NCBI RefSeq assembly: GCF_004010195.1
Contig: NW_025214738.1
Coordinates: forward strand, 1 to 50,000
Source: Chiloscyllium plagiosum
Lineage: Eukaryota
Reading direction: 5' to 3'
DNA length: 50,000 bases
Below, one piece after another: positions 14,318 to 26,264 of the stretch (within the stretch, counting starts at the first letter, position 1; each line of letters begins with the position of its first letter). Under the pieces are notes generated by a model, which saw only the letters and a list, made by a program, of their open reading frames with translations, ran no database searches and had not been told where the DNA came from. The position numbers were made by a program, and so were the translations under genes.

Positions 14318-14503
14318 CTGGATGTAGGTTTGCCTTTTTTTTGTTTAGAAATAGAAAGCAAGAATCAGCAGCAGTGCTTGGCCCAGAGGCCCACTGATGA
14401 CGTTACCTAGTAGGGTGACGAAACATACGGAAATGAACCTTCCAGCTCAGCGAGCAATCCTATATCCAGAACCTCAACCTGAGCTACAAATCTTAAAACT
14501 CAT
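14318..14503 (+). mobile_element. Penelope-like terminal-repeat insertion (family C) with short inverted 5' segment
   Basis: Contains the hammerhead at 14391-14430. 14318-14333 is the reverse complement (14/16) of 14454-14469. TSD AGAACATA at 14310-14317 and 14504-14511. Nested in a CR1-type LINE fragment. Confidence 0.75.
14391..14430 (+). ncRNA. Minimal hammerhead ribozyme motif (family C), core intact
   Basis: CCA CTGATGA C GTTACC TAGTAG GGTGAC GAAA CA TA CGG. Core at 14394-14400, 6-bp helix II (14402-14407 with 14414-14419), GAAA at 14420-14423. The helix III palindrome and first helix I pair are mismatched. Confidence 0.7.
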
Positions 14504-14552
14504 AGAACATAGCTTCAAATTATTCAGCCTCTCATATAGGACATCACCCCTA

Positions 14553-15108
14553 TGAGAAAGTTTACAAGGTATGAGCTGGTAAGGAAAGAGTGAGGTTTTG
14601 AATTTTGTGAAACAAAAGATTTAGCTGAGTATGACTCAGATCAGATAAGAACTTGCAGTTAACAATGAGGTGCTGGAGGCAAGGGTAGTGGGTTAACAAG
14701 TGGAAAAGCATTCATTATGTACAGCCACTTAACAAGATGAGGTGGCATTCAGTACGTAAAGTCAGTTAACAAGGGGAAAAGTATCCATTATGTGAAACCA
14801 GTTAACAAGGTTAAGAACATTCATTGTGTAACAGCAGATGGCTTAATCTTTACTATTGACACTTGCTGATTGTAATGGTCACCCAATTGATATATATGTT
14901 GCCTTATCTGGATGCTCCTCCCTTTGAATGACTATGTATTTCACTAAAAAACTGCTGTTCGAGAGAAGACCATGAACCCATGTCCCTGTGCACATAGGCA
15001 ATCGTTCCCTCCCTCCAGGGCCCGGAATAAAGATGAAGGAGGTAAAGCTATACTGTGTCTCTGAGCATTTTGCTTTGACTAAAGCAGGAAAGGGACAACT
15101 TATCGATA
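14553..15108 (+). mobile_element. Probable solo LTR with tandem U3-like repeats
   Basis: About 555-bp block that interrupts a CR1 fragment. It starts with TG and contains five ~36-bp tandem units, CCAAT (about 14883) and AATAAA (about 15026). No clear TSD. Confidence 0.5.
14659..14838 (+). repeat. Five degenerate ~36-bp tandem units
   Basis: TTAACAA recurs at 14659, 14693, 14729, 14766 and 14802 (spacing 34-37). The last four units share (C/T)AT(T/C)CA.T..GT. Confidence 0.75.
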
Positions 15109-17189
15109 AGTCAACCTTTACGTACTGCCTCCAATATAAGTATATCCTTCCTTAAATACAAGAGACTAAATTTGCACATAGTATTGATCTCACCAAAACT
15201 CCATACAACTGTAGCAAGACATTTTGATTCTTATCCTCCTTACAATAAAGGCCAATATGCCATTTTCTACTGAACCATGTTCTGTTTCATATGCCTTGAG
15301 AGATATTACATCCAAACCTCTTAGAGCATTGTTTAACACCTTTTAAAATAAGTTATGCTTTTCTATTTTTATGAGCAAAGTGAAAACCTCAAACTTGCGC
15401 ACCTTATACTCTATCTACAACTACGTTATCCATTCATTAACATGTCGATACTCATTATGCAGCTTCCTGTACCCTCCTCAAAGCTTACATTCTCATTGCT
15501 TTCTATCATCAGTAAATTCATAGTTGGTAATATATCTGTTTATGACCTGGGGTAAGTGACAAAGGGTGGAAAATTCCCCATTTATAACAATAGTCTCTCA
15601 TTTACCTGAGCATTACCATTGACCAGAAGCTCAACCAGACTCGACACAAATAGAGAAACTAGGAATACTGTGGCAACTTACCTTCTGACTTGTCAAAGTC
15701 TGTACACCATCTACAGAGCACATGGATCAAGAACGAGAAGGCACACGTTTAAGATCATTTGCAAAAGAAGTAAATGCAGTGAGTGAGAAAACGTTTTCAC
15801 ATGGCAAATGGTTCATGTCAAGAATACACAACACACTATGGTGGAGCCAGGATTCAATCAAATACTCAAGGGCATGGGATGATTATTTAAATAGAAACAA
15901 CACACAGGATTAGGAGGAAAGAACAGTAGAAAAGGCACAAAGCCACAAACTGCAGACATGATGGGCTAAATGCCCTTGTTTTGCACTATAACAATTCTCT
16001 GAATCCGAGGTAATGTAATTTTTTTTAAAACGTTGTGCTGCAAAATGTGAAAGCATATACCAGATATGTTTGAAAAGAAAACTTGATAATCAAAATTTTG
16101 TTTAGAGATGCAGAATTCTAACACCTACTCTACAGTTTCAAACATATTACATAGAATGCAGGCGATAGAAACAGGTCATTCAGCATAATTGGTTTATGTC
16201 AGTGTTTTTGCACAACAGGACCATCTCCCACTTTTACGTACATCACCTTCTATTCCTTTTTCTGTCCTTGATTCTCGAGCTTCCTTTTAGCTGCATCTGT
16301 TATTATTATTTTAACAATTTGGGGTAGCAACATCCACATTCTAATTACTCACTCAGTAAGAAAGTTTCTCCTGAATTTAACGTAATTATTGATGACAGTG
16401 AAACACTGGCTGATTACCTTTTCTTCACAATTTTGTTCCAAAAGTTGAGGCCAGTTGTCTGTTCATCTTTGTCTGAAGCTAAAATAAGCCAACTTATTTT
16501 AGACTGGAGGCCAGACAAATGCAACTCAGTGTCTATTTACCAAGACAGTCACCATCAGACTAGCTGCAGAAAAGGGTGAACACAATTTCAGTCAGCTGCA
16601 TTCTAACCTCATGTCTTCATCAAAACTAATACTTGCATGGAACTAAGGCATGCTTCCAAAAAAAATGACTGCTATTAAATTTATGGTTTTCTCAACATTA
16701 CAATAATGAACAAAAGGACTTCGATAACTGCAATGCATTTTGGGACATCTTGAAGCCGTGGAAGTTGTTATAAAAATTTAAATGTTTTTATTTCTTTACA
16801 ACTGATAAATAATGAAAGTGATTAGGGTGAGAATGAAGTAATGAATAAATGTCTACAAATTGTAACTTTCAATTTACATGCAAAAACATCTAAATTGACA
16901 TCAATGTTTTTACAATAGCGAATAGATCTGTTTGCTTTCCCTCCTTACGTAATTTTGCTTTGTAAAGACCTTAAAAACTACCAGCTGTCTTTTAAAAGGA
17001 ATTTCAATTTGCACTAGTCCTGGGAAAGCAACTTCTCAGATTTTTCAAAGTTGAGAACAGTGTACTTGAAGAAATAGAACTGTGATAATCAAAGCCTCTG
17101 GTGTTTTAACTCCAGCTTCCTATTATATTTTGGATTGTTTATGGAAATACCTCATATCCAATGTGCAATTTTCCAGTGTACTATTCAGA

Positions 17190-18545
17190 GGTCCATTTAA
17201 TTCAGTTTAAGACTTTTTTTGCCCTTGCAAGTATAATTGAAGGCCTTCAAAGAGGAAACAATTCGGGTGTAGTCTAAGCCCGTACTGAAGAGGGAAAAGG
17301 AAAAGCTCATGGTATTAGAGATAATGTATTGACGTGGACAGAACTGGTTGGCAGACAGGAAACAGAGTTGGAATAAATGAGTCCTTTTCAGAGTGGCAGG
17401 CAGTGACAATTCAGGTACCGCAGGGTTCCCTGCTGGGATCCTAGCTGTTCACAAAAACATTAACGATTTGGATGAAGGAACTGAATGCAATATCTCCAAA
17501 TTTGCAGATGACACAAAGCTGGGTGGCAGTGTGTACTGTGAGGAGGATACTAGGAGGCTGCAGGATGATTTGGTCAGACTGGCTGAGTTGGGCAAATGCA
17601 ATATAATGTGGATAAATGTGATGTTATCCACTTTCATGGCAAAAACAGGAAGGCAGATTATTATTTGAATGGTGGCAGTTTAGGAAATGGTGAAGTGCAA
17701 TGAGGCCTGGGTGTCACAATGGCACAGTCATTGAAAATTGGCATGCAGATGCAGCAGGCAGTGAGGAAAGCTAATGGCATGCTGGCCTTCATAGCAAGAC
17801 GATTTGAGGAGAGGAGTAGGGATGTCTTGCTGTAGATATACAAGGCCCTGTGAGGCCACACCTTGAGTATTGTGTGCCATTTTGGTCTCTTAGTCTGAGG
17901 AAGAATATTCTTGCTATTCAGGGAGTCCAATGAAGGTTCACCAGACTGATTCCCAAGATAGCAGGACTGACATATGAAGGAAGACTGGTTCAACTGAGCT
18001 TGTACTCACTGGAATTTAGAAGAATGGGGGTGGAATCTCATGGAAACAGGCTAGACGGGGATGAATGTTCTCAATGTTGGCAAAGTCCAGAACTAGGGGG
18101 TCACCATTTCAGAATATGGGGTAAGCCATTCAGGACAGAGAAAAGAGGAAGAACTTCTTTACTCAGTTGTGAACCCCTACCCCTGGAATTCTCTACCATA
18201 CAAAGCTGTTGGGCCCAGCTCGTTGGAGATGTTCATGAGTGAGCTGGTCATGGCCGTTGCGGCTAAAGGGATCAATGGGAATGGAGAGAAAGCAAGAGTA
18301 GCATACTAAAATTCTTGCTGGCCTTCATAGCAAGAAGATTTGAGGTGAGGAGTAAGGGTTCATTCCTAAAGAAGGGCTTTTGCCCGCAACGTCGATGTTC
18401 CTGCTCCTCAGATGCTGCCTGACCTGCTGTGCTTTTCCAGCACCACTCTAATCCTTACTAAAATTCAATTATGAGCCATGACCATATTGAATGGTGGTGC
18501 AGGCACAAAGAGCTGAATGCTCTACTTCTGGACCTATGTTTCTAT
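17190..18545 (+). mobile_element. CR1-type LINE ORF2 (reverse transcriptase) 3' fragment
   Basis: Peptide INDLDEGTECNISKFADDTKLGGSV...LQDDL contains the CR1 RT FADD catalytic motif. Frameshifts and stops are present. Ends in a (CTATGTTT)-type tail. Confidence 0.9.
18315..18455 (+). mobile_element. Penelope-like 3' fragment (family A) with a captured local sequence at its 5' junction
   Basis: 18361-18452 reads CATTCCTAAAGAAGGGCTTTTGCCCGCAACGTCG...CAGCACCACTCTAAT (decayed hammerhead). 11-bp TSD TACTAAAATTC at 18304-18314 and 18456-18466. Confidence 0.8.
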
Positions 18546-18554
18546 GTTCTAAGT

Positions 18555-19043
18555 AGCCTGAATGTGTGTGGCCAGCTCTCTCAGACAGGATTTCTACTTT
18601 TTGTTTTAGCTTTAAGCAGTTTTTTTTGGGAGTCTCATCAGAGTTGGAAGCTGCTGGAGTTTTGAAGAAGCAGAAGTTATTTTTTCCGCTCTCTTGGTAA
18701 CAGCTGGAAGTTGGGGTTTCTCTTCCTATTGCAAGCAGTGTATGTGAGAAAGTTTGATTTCTGAATTTGCCTTGTTGCCAATGGGTATGTTCATGGGATG
18801 TTCCTATATTAGAACAGTTAATGTTACTGAATTGTTCCGTTAAATTTTCCCAAAGAGTTGTTATTCTTTCTTTAGTTGTATTTTAACTAGTGTTTGAATA
18901 ATTGTGTTTTGTTTAACATTGAGTAGTTTGATTGGACAAATTGCATCTGGAACACAGCATTTTACATTTGCCGTTAAAATAAGCAAAAGGGTTGAGACTA
19001 TCTTCTTAAAATGTTTTGAGAGCGTCTGGTCTGGTCCATAACA
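18555..19043 (+). mobile_element. LTR-like fragment (3' end CCATAACA)
   Basis: Ends in CATAACA like the other solo LTRs and has similar composition. No 5' end or TSD was found. Confidence 0.4.
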
Positions 19044-19234
19044 AATCTCTCACCACTTTGGGAGGAAGAATAAAAAAAACTGTTTTACATTTTCCAACAT
19101 TATAACCTGTAACATATTTGCCCACATTTAATCCACCTATATCCCTTATAGCCTTCTTCTGCCCTCTCAAGAACGTACTTCCCTGCCTCTTTGTGCCATT
19201 AGTAAATGTAACAAACATACCTTAATCCCTTCAT

Positions 19235-20110
19235 CCAAGTAGTAATTGAGAAATGGATCTTAAAAATGGATGAAATAAAAGCAGTGAAAGCAGCAGAAAG
19301 TTAACTATTCACAGCACCCAAAAGTAGGAGTCTCCCAAGCCCGATGTGGCTGAAGTAAGCAAGGTTGGAAAGAGGCTGCTTTCATCGCACTGTTTCAATG
19401 CAGACATGGGAGTGGCACTAGAAAACTAGGAGATTGCAAAGATATCCTTGTTCAAAAATAAAAGAGTGAATCAGATGTTAATAGGGCAAGAAAACAAAAT
19501 TAGTGAACATAATCCAGGAAAAAAATAATTTTCACTTTGAAGAATATAGGTTAATAAATGTCAACCAGAGATCTGTTAAAGAAAAACTGTCTGACCAATT
19601 TGCTTTGAATGATATAGCAGAGATGGTTGAATAAGGTAATGCAGTTCATGTTTACATGGACTTGCAAAAAGCTGCTTCATAGTATACTATATAATAGAAA
19701 CTAAAGTCAGTGGGAGTTAAGGGATATGGATAGCTAAGACAGAAATCAGAAAATGGTGATGATTGATATTTTACAGTGGACAGGTTATATAGATTGAAAC
19801 AATACCAACAAAATTCACAGTAGGGCCATTGCTCTTTTGGAAATATATTGATGACCTGGACATGGGAATAGGAGTATCAGTCTGAAATTTGCACCAAGCT
19901 ACAAAATGTGAAAATGTAGGAAACAAGTATGAGCTTAGCACATACTTCAAGAGGGCAGATAAAACTGGTGAGTAGAGTGGCAAGATAATTGATTTACTTT
20001 AATGCAGGGAAGCGTGAAATGATACATTTTCAAACAAAAAAATGGCAGGCAATATAAATAGAAAGTACAAATTTAACATGAAAGCACAGAGAATGGCACA
20101 AGGTTTGTGT
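19235..20110 (+). mobile_element. Heavily decayed CR1-type LINE RT fragment
   Basis: Remnants such as TACATGGACTTGCAAAAAGC and ATATATTGATGACCTGGA parallel the younger CR1 copies. Confidence 0.55.
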
Positions 20111-20119
20111 ACATCAATT

Positions 20120-21670
20120 TCAGTTGGGATGGTAAGGGGAGATATTAGGTGTTTTAAAAAGTATACAGGCGCACAAATCCCTAGGTCCCAATGAGATGTT
20201 TCCCAGACTGCTATTGGAGTCAAGGGAGGAGATTGCTAGGGCCCTAGCAGAGATACTTAATATCTTGCTGGTCACAGGTGAAGTGCCAGATGACTGGATG
20301 AGAGATAATGTGGTTCCTTTACTCAAGAGGAGCAGCAGGGATAGGCCAGGTAATTACAGAACAGTTAGTTTGATGTCAGTAGTTGGGAAATCATTAGAAG
20401 TAATTCTGAAGGCAGAAATAATTAATACTTGGAAAGGGAGTGATCAGCGCTGATTTGTTAGAGAGAGATCCTGTCTGACTAATTTAATTGAGTTTTTAAA
20501 AAATATATTGAAGAAGGTAGTGCAGTTAATGTGGCTTACCTGGACTTCAATATGGCCTTTGACAAGGTCCCACATTGAAGGTTGGCTCATAAAATAAGAT
20601 TCTGGATCAAGTTGGTAACTGGATCCAACTTTGGCTTACAAATAGAAGGCAGATTGAGGAGATTTGTTTTTGTAATTGTAAGCCCATGAACAGCAGTGTA
20701 CCACACAGCCTGGTGCTGGGATCTTTCCTTTTGTTATTTACATTTAATGGCTTGAACATGGATGAAGAAAGTATAATCAGCAATTTTACAGATGACACTA
20801 AAATTGCTGGTTGTTGTTGATACTGAGGAAGATGGTCTCAGGCTACAGTCTGATGTTGATCAGCTGGCAAATTGAGCAGAGCCATGGATGATGGCATTTA
20901 ATCCCGATAAGAGAGAGGTAATGCATTAGGTCCCTTTGGTGTAGTGAGGAATAAAGGGAACTTGGTGTACAAATCCATAGATATTTGGAGGTGTCAGCAC
21001 AGGTAGACAGGGTAGGCATATAGATGCTTTCCTTCATTAGCCAGGGTGTAGAATTTAAGAGCAAGTGTGTGTGCGTGTGTGGTGGTGGGGAGATCTTATG
21101 GAGGTACACAAAATTGTGAAAAGTATAGAAAACGTAGATTGTAAGAATCTTTTCCCCGTGGCAGATGTCTTTAAAACCAGAGGGCATTACTTTAAAGTGA
21201 GGAGTAAGTGCTTGAGAGGTGATTAGATTAGATTATTTACAGTGTGGAAACAGGCCCTTCGGCCCAACAAGTCTACACGGACCCACCAAAGCGCAACCCA
21301 CCCAGACCCATTCCCCTACATTTACCCCTTCACCTAACACTACGGGCAATTTAGCATGGCCAACTCACCTAACCTGCACATTTTTGGATTGTGGGAGGAA
21401 ACTGGAGCACCCGGAGGAAACCCACGCAGACACGGTTGGAATGTGCAAACTCCACACAGAGTCACCTGAGGCGGGAATTGAACCAGAGTCTCTGGCGCGG
21501 TGAGATCGGAGAAAGAATTTTTTTCACTTGAAGGATGGTATAAAATGCCTGAGAGTGTGGTACAGGCAGATACTCTCAACATTTAAGAACAATATGTACG
21601 AGTACTTAAAATGCCAGAGATCGTAGGGAATGGACTAAATGTAGGTATGTGGGATTAGTGTAGTTTGGTG
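20120..21670 (+). mobile_element. CR1-type LINE ORF2 fragment with internal deletions
   Basis: Peptide GEVPDDWMRDNVVPLLKRSSRDRPGNYRTVSLMSVVGKSLE, followed by YLDFNMAFDKVPH and FTDDTK remnants. An HE1 SINE is nested at 21223-21503. Confidence 0.88.
21223..21503 (-). mobile_element. HE1-type V-SINE, 5' truncated, nested in a CR1 LINE
   Basis: Close reverse-complement match to 32640-32905 with a (TTAGA)n tail. The A box is missing. Confidence 0.88.
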
Positions 21671-22517
21671 TCGTTGCTCATGGGGCGAGTGAGCCCAACG
21701 TGGCAGAGAGCGAGGTCCTCCAACATCTGCAGCGGCAGACAGCAGACAGCCTGAGGCTGCCGCGATTGAGTACTGTGTGATCTGGAGGTGAGGCCCAGCG
21801 CAGTCTGCTTGAAGGACTGGAATACTGTAATTATTTTTCTAATTTATTCCTAAGATCCTATATCTAGGACCTTTGTACATAATATGGCAAGGTAAATGGA
21901 GACTTCATAAACTTTTCACTGCACTCGAATACATGTGACAACATATATAATTATACTTCTACTCAAGTAAGCAGCACTTAAAAGCACAGCAAACCCCTAA
22001 TACAACTCTGAAGAATCAGCCTATACTATGTTCAAATCTCTAAAGTGGGCTGAACCCACGGTTTTACAATTAGCCATTAATAACACTAAAGTAGAGCTTT
22101 TTAGTTTTCTAGAAATGTTGAAACTTTTTTACACATATTATTTCAGTCACTTCAGGTTCACACATACAAATAAATTAAGAGTACCAACACTCTGATGTAG
22201 CCGGTTACGATTTAAGCTGATGTTATTACTGGACAAAATCAGATCTCAGCCTGAAATATGCCTCGATAAATCATACAGATTTATTAAAACTTTAAAAAAG
22301 ATCTTCCACCAAAACAAAAATACAATGCTACAGATTCAAGTTTCACAATTAAAGAATGTTATAATACAAAAGAAATGAAGATAAAATAGAAGAAACCAAA
22401 CTATTTATAGATGGCACAAGTTTAAAGATTTTAAAACACACAGTAAAATACAACCCCATTATTTTAAAAAGCAGTTCTTTACAGTACTTGGAAATAGCGA
22501 GGACTGCATCATCAAAG

Positions 22518-22815
22518 TGGGTGGCACGGTGGCTCAGTGGTTAGCACTGCTGCCTCACAGCAACAGGGTCCCAGGTTCAATTCCAGCCTCAGGTGACTGT
22601 CTGTGTGTAGTTTGCACATTTTCCCAGTGTACTCCGGTTTCCTCCCACAGTCACAAAGATGTGCAGGTCAAGTGAATTGACTATGCTAAATTGCCCATAG
22701 TGTTAGGTATATTAGTTAGAGGGAAAAGAATCTGGGTGGGTTACTCTTCGTAGGGTCTGTGTAGGCTGGTTGGGCCGAAAGGCCTGTTTCCACATTGTAG
22801 GGAATCTAATCTAAT
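22518..22815 (+). mobile_element. HE1-type V-SINE
   Basis: Same head, V-domain and tail as 32598-32911, with a small internal deletion. Confidence 0.88.
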
Positions 22816-22820
22816 CAAAT

Positions 22821-23190
22821 CAAAATAAGGCCATACACAAACTTGTGGAAGAAAATCTCATCTCCCACCTTGGGAGCTTACAAATTTATGGCCTCAACAT
22901 AGAATTCACCACCTTTCAAAACTCCCCACCCCAAACTAGGTCCAGCCCTCCCTCTCCATCCACCCCCTTGACCTGACCTAACCTATCTATCTTCCTTCCC
23001 ACCCATCCACTCCAATATTCCCACTGACCAAATCTCAATCACCTCCTACTTGCATCCACCTATTGCCATCTGACCTACCTTTCCCCCAGCCCCAATACCC
23101 CCACCTCATTTATTCCCCTCCCCAATTCTGAAGAAGGATCCTGCCTAAAATGTCGACTCTCCTGCTTGACCTACTGCGCTTTTTCCAGAG
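22821..23190 (+). mobile_element. Penelope-like element 3' end: GIY-YIG endonuclease C-terminus, C-rich tract, decayed hammerhead
   Basis: Translates as QNKAIHKLVEENLISHLGSLQIYGLNIEFTTF, matching the ExxxIxxLxT/SxxxxGLN terminal motif of PLE GIY-YIG domains. A pyrimidine-rich tract follows, then CTGAAGA A GGATCCTGCCT AAAA TG TC GA at 23128-23156. Confidence 0.72.
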
Positions 23191-24062
23191 CCATATTTTA
23201 ATCAAATCTTTACAGTACTAATACCAGACAGAATTCCCTTGTCTTTCTCATCTTGGAGGGCCTAATTGTACTGTGGCTTCGACATCACATCTTGAAAGTC
23301 CAATAATTTCTACACTGAACCTTCATACAACTGGGCTTAGAGACTTTCTCAGCTTAAAGTAGCTTCAAATACTTGAGGTCTAGAAGTTCTAGACTAAACT
23401 CCTTCCAGGGAGGTAACAAATTTCTGAACAGTCCTAAACTACCTCAATTTCTCAGGAGCATCTATTTTACACAGCCAGCTTCAGCAAAGACATTTGTAAA
23501 ACTTCTTAAAATTCATTTTAATTCAAAGTCTTTTTTCCAAGCTCCAAACAATCCAGAATCTTCGATAATGAAAACCCGATGCACTAGATTGTTTACATGT
23601 AAGCTTTCTCAAATTAATCAAAACCCCCTTACATTCAAAAAGATTTCACACTAATATTTCAAAAGAAATCACCATGGCTACACAAATATTTACAAGTTAA
23701 TCATTAATCCCCAGAGAGACAGATCAAAATCCACAAATTACTGATTGAAATCCAAACTCTAAATGATCGTTAAATATATATAAATCACACACTTTACATC
23801 AGAACCCTCACTTTTTACCATGCTATAAAAATCATCCTCAGCCAAGGACTTTCCAGATAATGAGTCAAGATTAACATCAAGTGAAAAGAAAGTGCGCTCA
23901 GGAAGTGACCAAAGAAATCAAACATGTAATATGTTTGACAAATTAAACAAAATTTCTTGAAGTGACCAAATGAATTAAACAAGTAAACATAGTGCATATG
24001 GAATTTTGAGGGCATCCCACAAAGCTACTCAGAAGACTTGTTATAAAATGATCAAGTGTATA

Positions 24063-24709
24063 CAGAGGAACCTCGATTATCTGAACGAGATGGACAGGCA
24101 ATATTTCGTTCAGATAATCGATTACTTGGTTAATCGATTAAATGCCTTTCCTCTGGGGCTCGGAGTTTTTAAAGTCTGCTCCCTGTTCAGGAAATGAGGC
24201 AGCAGCAGATCACATGCTCCCCCCCGCCCAACGCCGCTCTCCGCATGCCCTTAAAACCTGTCCAACACCAACCCCCCACCTCCCCCCCAAACCCTGTCCA
24301 ACACTGTCCCCTACCCACCCGCCTTTCCATCCCCTCTCCAGGGCAGCTGGACTGGACACCTTCAACAAGACTGCTGCTGCTGCCTTTGTGGGGTAAGTTT
24401 CCAAATAGCACATACACACACAACATTTTACTGCAACATTTTGACAAGTTCCACCTTTACCCTGTACAGGACAACGTTGCAGAGATTATCTGGGGAAGGG
24501 AGGTTTAGGGTACACCTCTCTGTAGAACTCCAGGGAAAGTGTGGGCAGAGAGGGAGGGCTGAAGGTCAGTCATTTGGAGACGGTGCCTGTTTAATCATTG
24601 TAAACAAAAGACACAATCAGTGTTGGAAATACGTCTGAGGTAATGTTTCTATCAGGACCTTGCAATCTCCTTCGAATAATCAGATATTCGGATAATTGAA
24701 GTTCCCCTA
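24063..24709. mobile_element. Non-autonomous Tc1/mariner (Tigger/pogo-like) DNA transposon
   Basis: TIR CAGAGGAACCTCGATTATCTGAA versus TTCGGATAATTGAAGTTCCCCTA (18/23). TA at the left flank. Subterminal repeats of the GATAATC motif. Confidence 0.75.
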
Positions 24710-25039
24710 CATATAATACTTTTGGAAATGTGAAAAGAACAAGAGGGTTTGTTAAGAGAAATTAGAATAACAGAAGCTGTACAGATTGGAAGTCCCAAAT
24801 TCCAGAAATCAACTGGAAATATTTTTCTTTGTACACAGATAATTGGAGTACTGTATTGGAGAAGAATATCAACTTATAATGTTAACATTGTACAAGAAAG
24901 GCAAACAGTAAAGTGATTGTAAAATATTTCAGGGCGCAACAAAGATTACAATAAAAATGAATGTGGAGAACTGTGTGCAATAATTTTATTACCATAATTA
25001 TATCTTTTTCTTCAATATAAAGGTTTATTGATTTTCGAA

Positions 25040-25232
25040 TAGTCAGTTCTTCTATTACACGATGGTTGCATTCTTTTGCAACATCGTGTTATAGAAAAAT
25101 TGTGCTTTAGAAATAGCACTTAAAGTGTCAGCAATGTGATTGTGTTACAGCCAACACACATTTTAAATGCTCATGCTTTAGAAACAGCTTCCCAGATTCA
25201 TCAATTGCATTACAGCAAATTTGCATTACAGT
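25040..25232. mobile_element. Partial Tigger-like MITE
   Basis: Local palindrome TTCTATTACACGATGGTTGCA...TGCAACATCGTGTTATAGAA and repeated TG(C/T)(A/G)TTACAG motifs. The right TIR is not evident. Confidence 0.45.
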
Positions 25233-25344
25233 TACTACCTCAGAATTTCAGTAATTAAAAAGGTCTTAAACTAGGGGGAAAGAAAAGTACAAAGTGGTCA
25301 CCATCAATCATTTGACCAGAAATTGGCCAAGTCGCAAATGACTT

Positions 25345-25540
25345 AGAGTTGGTTAGTTCAGTTGGCTAGATAGCTAGTTTGCAATGTAGAGTGATGCCAA
25401 CAGCGCAGGTTCATTTCCCTCATTAGCTAAGAAAACCACTAAGATCCCATTTCGTCTACCTTGAAATGTTGCAACCCTCAGGTTGTTACCACCAGTCAGT
25501 CAATCCCTCTGCAATGCAACAGAGAAACTATAGTGACTTA
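25345..25540 (+). mobile_element. Old tRNA-headed SINE, third family
   Basis: A-box-like TAGTTCAGTTGG and B-box-like GGTTCATTTCCC. Matches the copy at 1940-2295. Confidence 0.6.
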
Positions 25541-25548
25541 ATCTTCCA

Positions 25549-26264
25549 TGTCTGGAATACATGGCCCATTGTAGCAGCCTCCTAGCTGCCCAAACACTGA
25601 TAGATTGCTAACTTGAACAACAAGCGATGCTGGGTACACTGGCCAAGTGAAACACTGAAATATCAAAAATTCTACACCAGGCAGTGCAAACATTGCAGTA
25701 AAGTGCTCATGATATTAACATAATATAAAAGGCAACAGTTTTATTCTGCCCAGACACCCTCAACAATCTATACATGAAACTAAGGACAGCCCAGACAGAA
25801 AGGTACCGGGTCCGACTACATAAAAGAAACTGACAGTAGCATGCTATCTAAATGATTGACTCTTGTTTAAAACTATTAAGTATATTTCCTTGATTGGCCA
25901 GAACTATAGAAAGTTCCAGAAAACCATCTAAAAAGTATAAAAACATATCTCTCTTGGAACCATCTGAGAAGACCAGCATGGCAAAAAGCAGAGATTAGCT
26001 GACCATCCAGAGAGAGAGAGGAAGAAAGCAACTTTGCAGACCCAGAGACACAGCCACAAGTAGAGCACCTGCGTAAATTTATGAGTGACTCCAGAAGTAT
26101 TGTAACCTTAATGGGCCAAATAGGATTAGTGATAGTATATTTAGTATTAAAGATTTTTGTAGTTCTGTTCCTAATAAAGTGGGAACGTTGTGGTACCAGC
26201 TTGCATTCATATTGATTTGACCGCTTTAGTATTGTATAACACCTGGGTAAATTCTTTCATAACA
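25549..26264 (+). mobile_element. Probable solo LTR
   Basis: TGT...TCATAACA ends, with ATTGG, GTATAAAA and AATAAA in LTR order. Flanks TTCCA and TTCTG could both derive from a TTCCG TSD by CpG decay. The left end is uncertain. Confidence 0.55.

Larger units (their letters stand above)
13945..15520 (-). mobile_element. Decayed CR1-type LINE 3' fragment, interrupted by a PLE (14318-14503) and an LTR-like element (14553-15108)
   Basis: Segments 13945-14317, 14504-14552 and 15109-15520 resemble the reverse complement of the CR1 copies at 17.6-18.5 kb and 36.2-36.8 kb. Confidence 0.6.

Noticed and set aside
14659..14838. CRISPR-like periodic array
   Set aside because: The constant part is only 7-8 bp, the spacers are related to each other, there are no cas genes and the context is vertebrate. 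A decayed tandem repeat in an LTR-like element explains it better.
24142..24638. Cluster of GC-rich ORFs
   Set aside because: They lie inside a TIR-bounded non-autonomous transposon with low-complexity C-rich sequence and show no transposase motifs.
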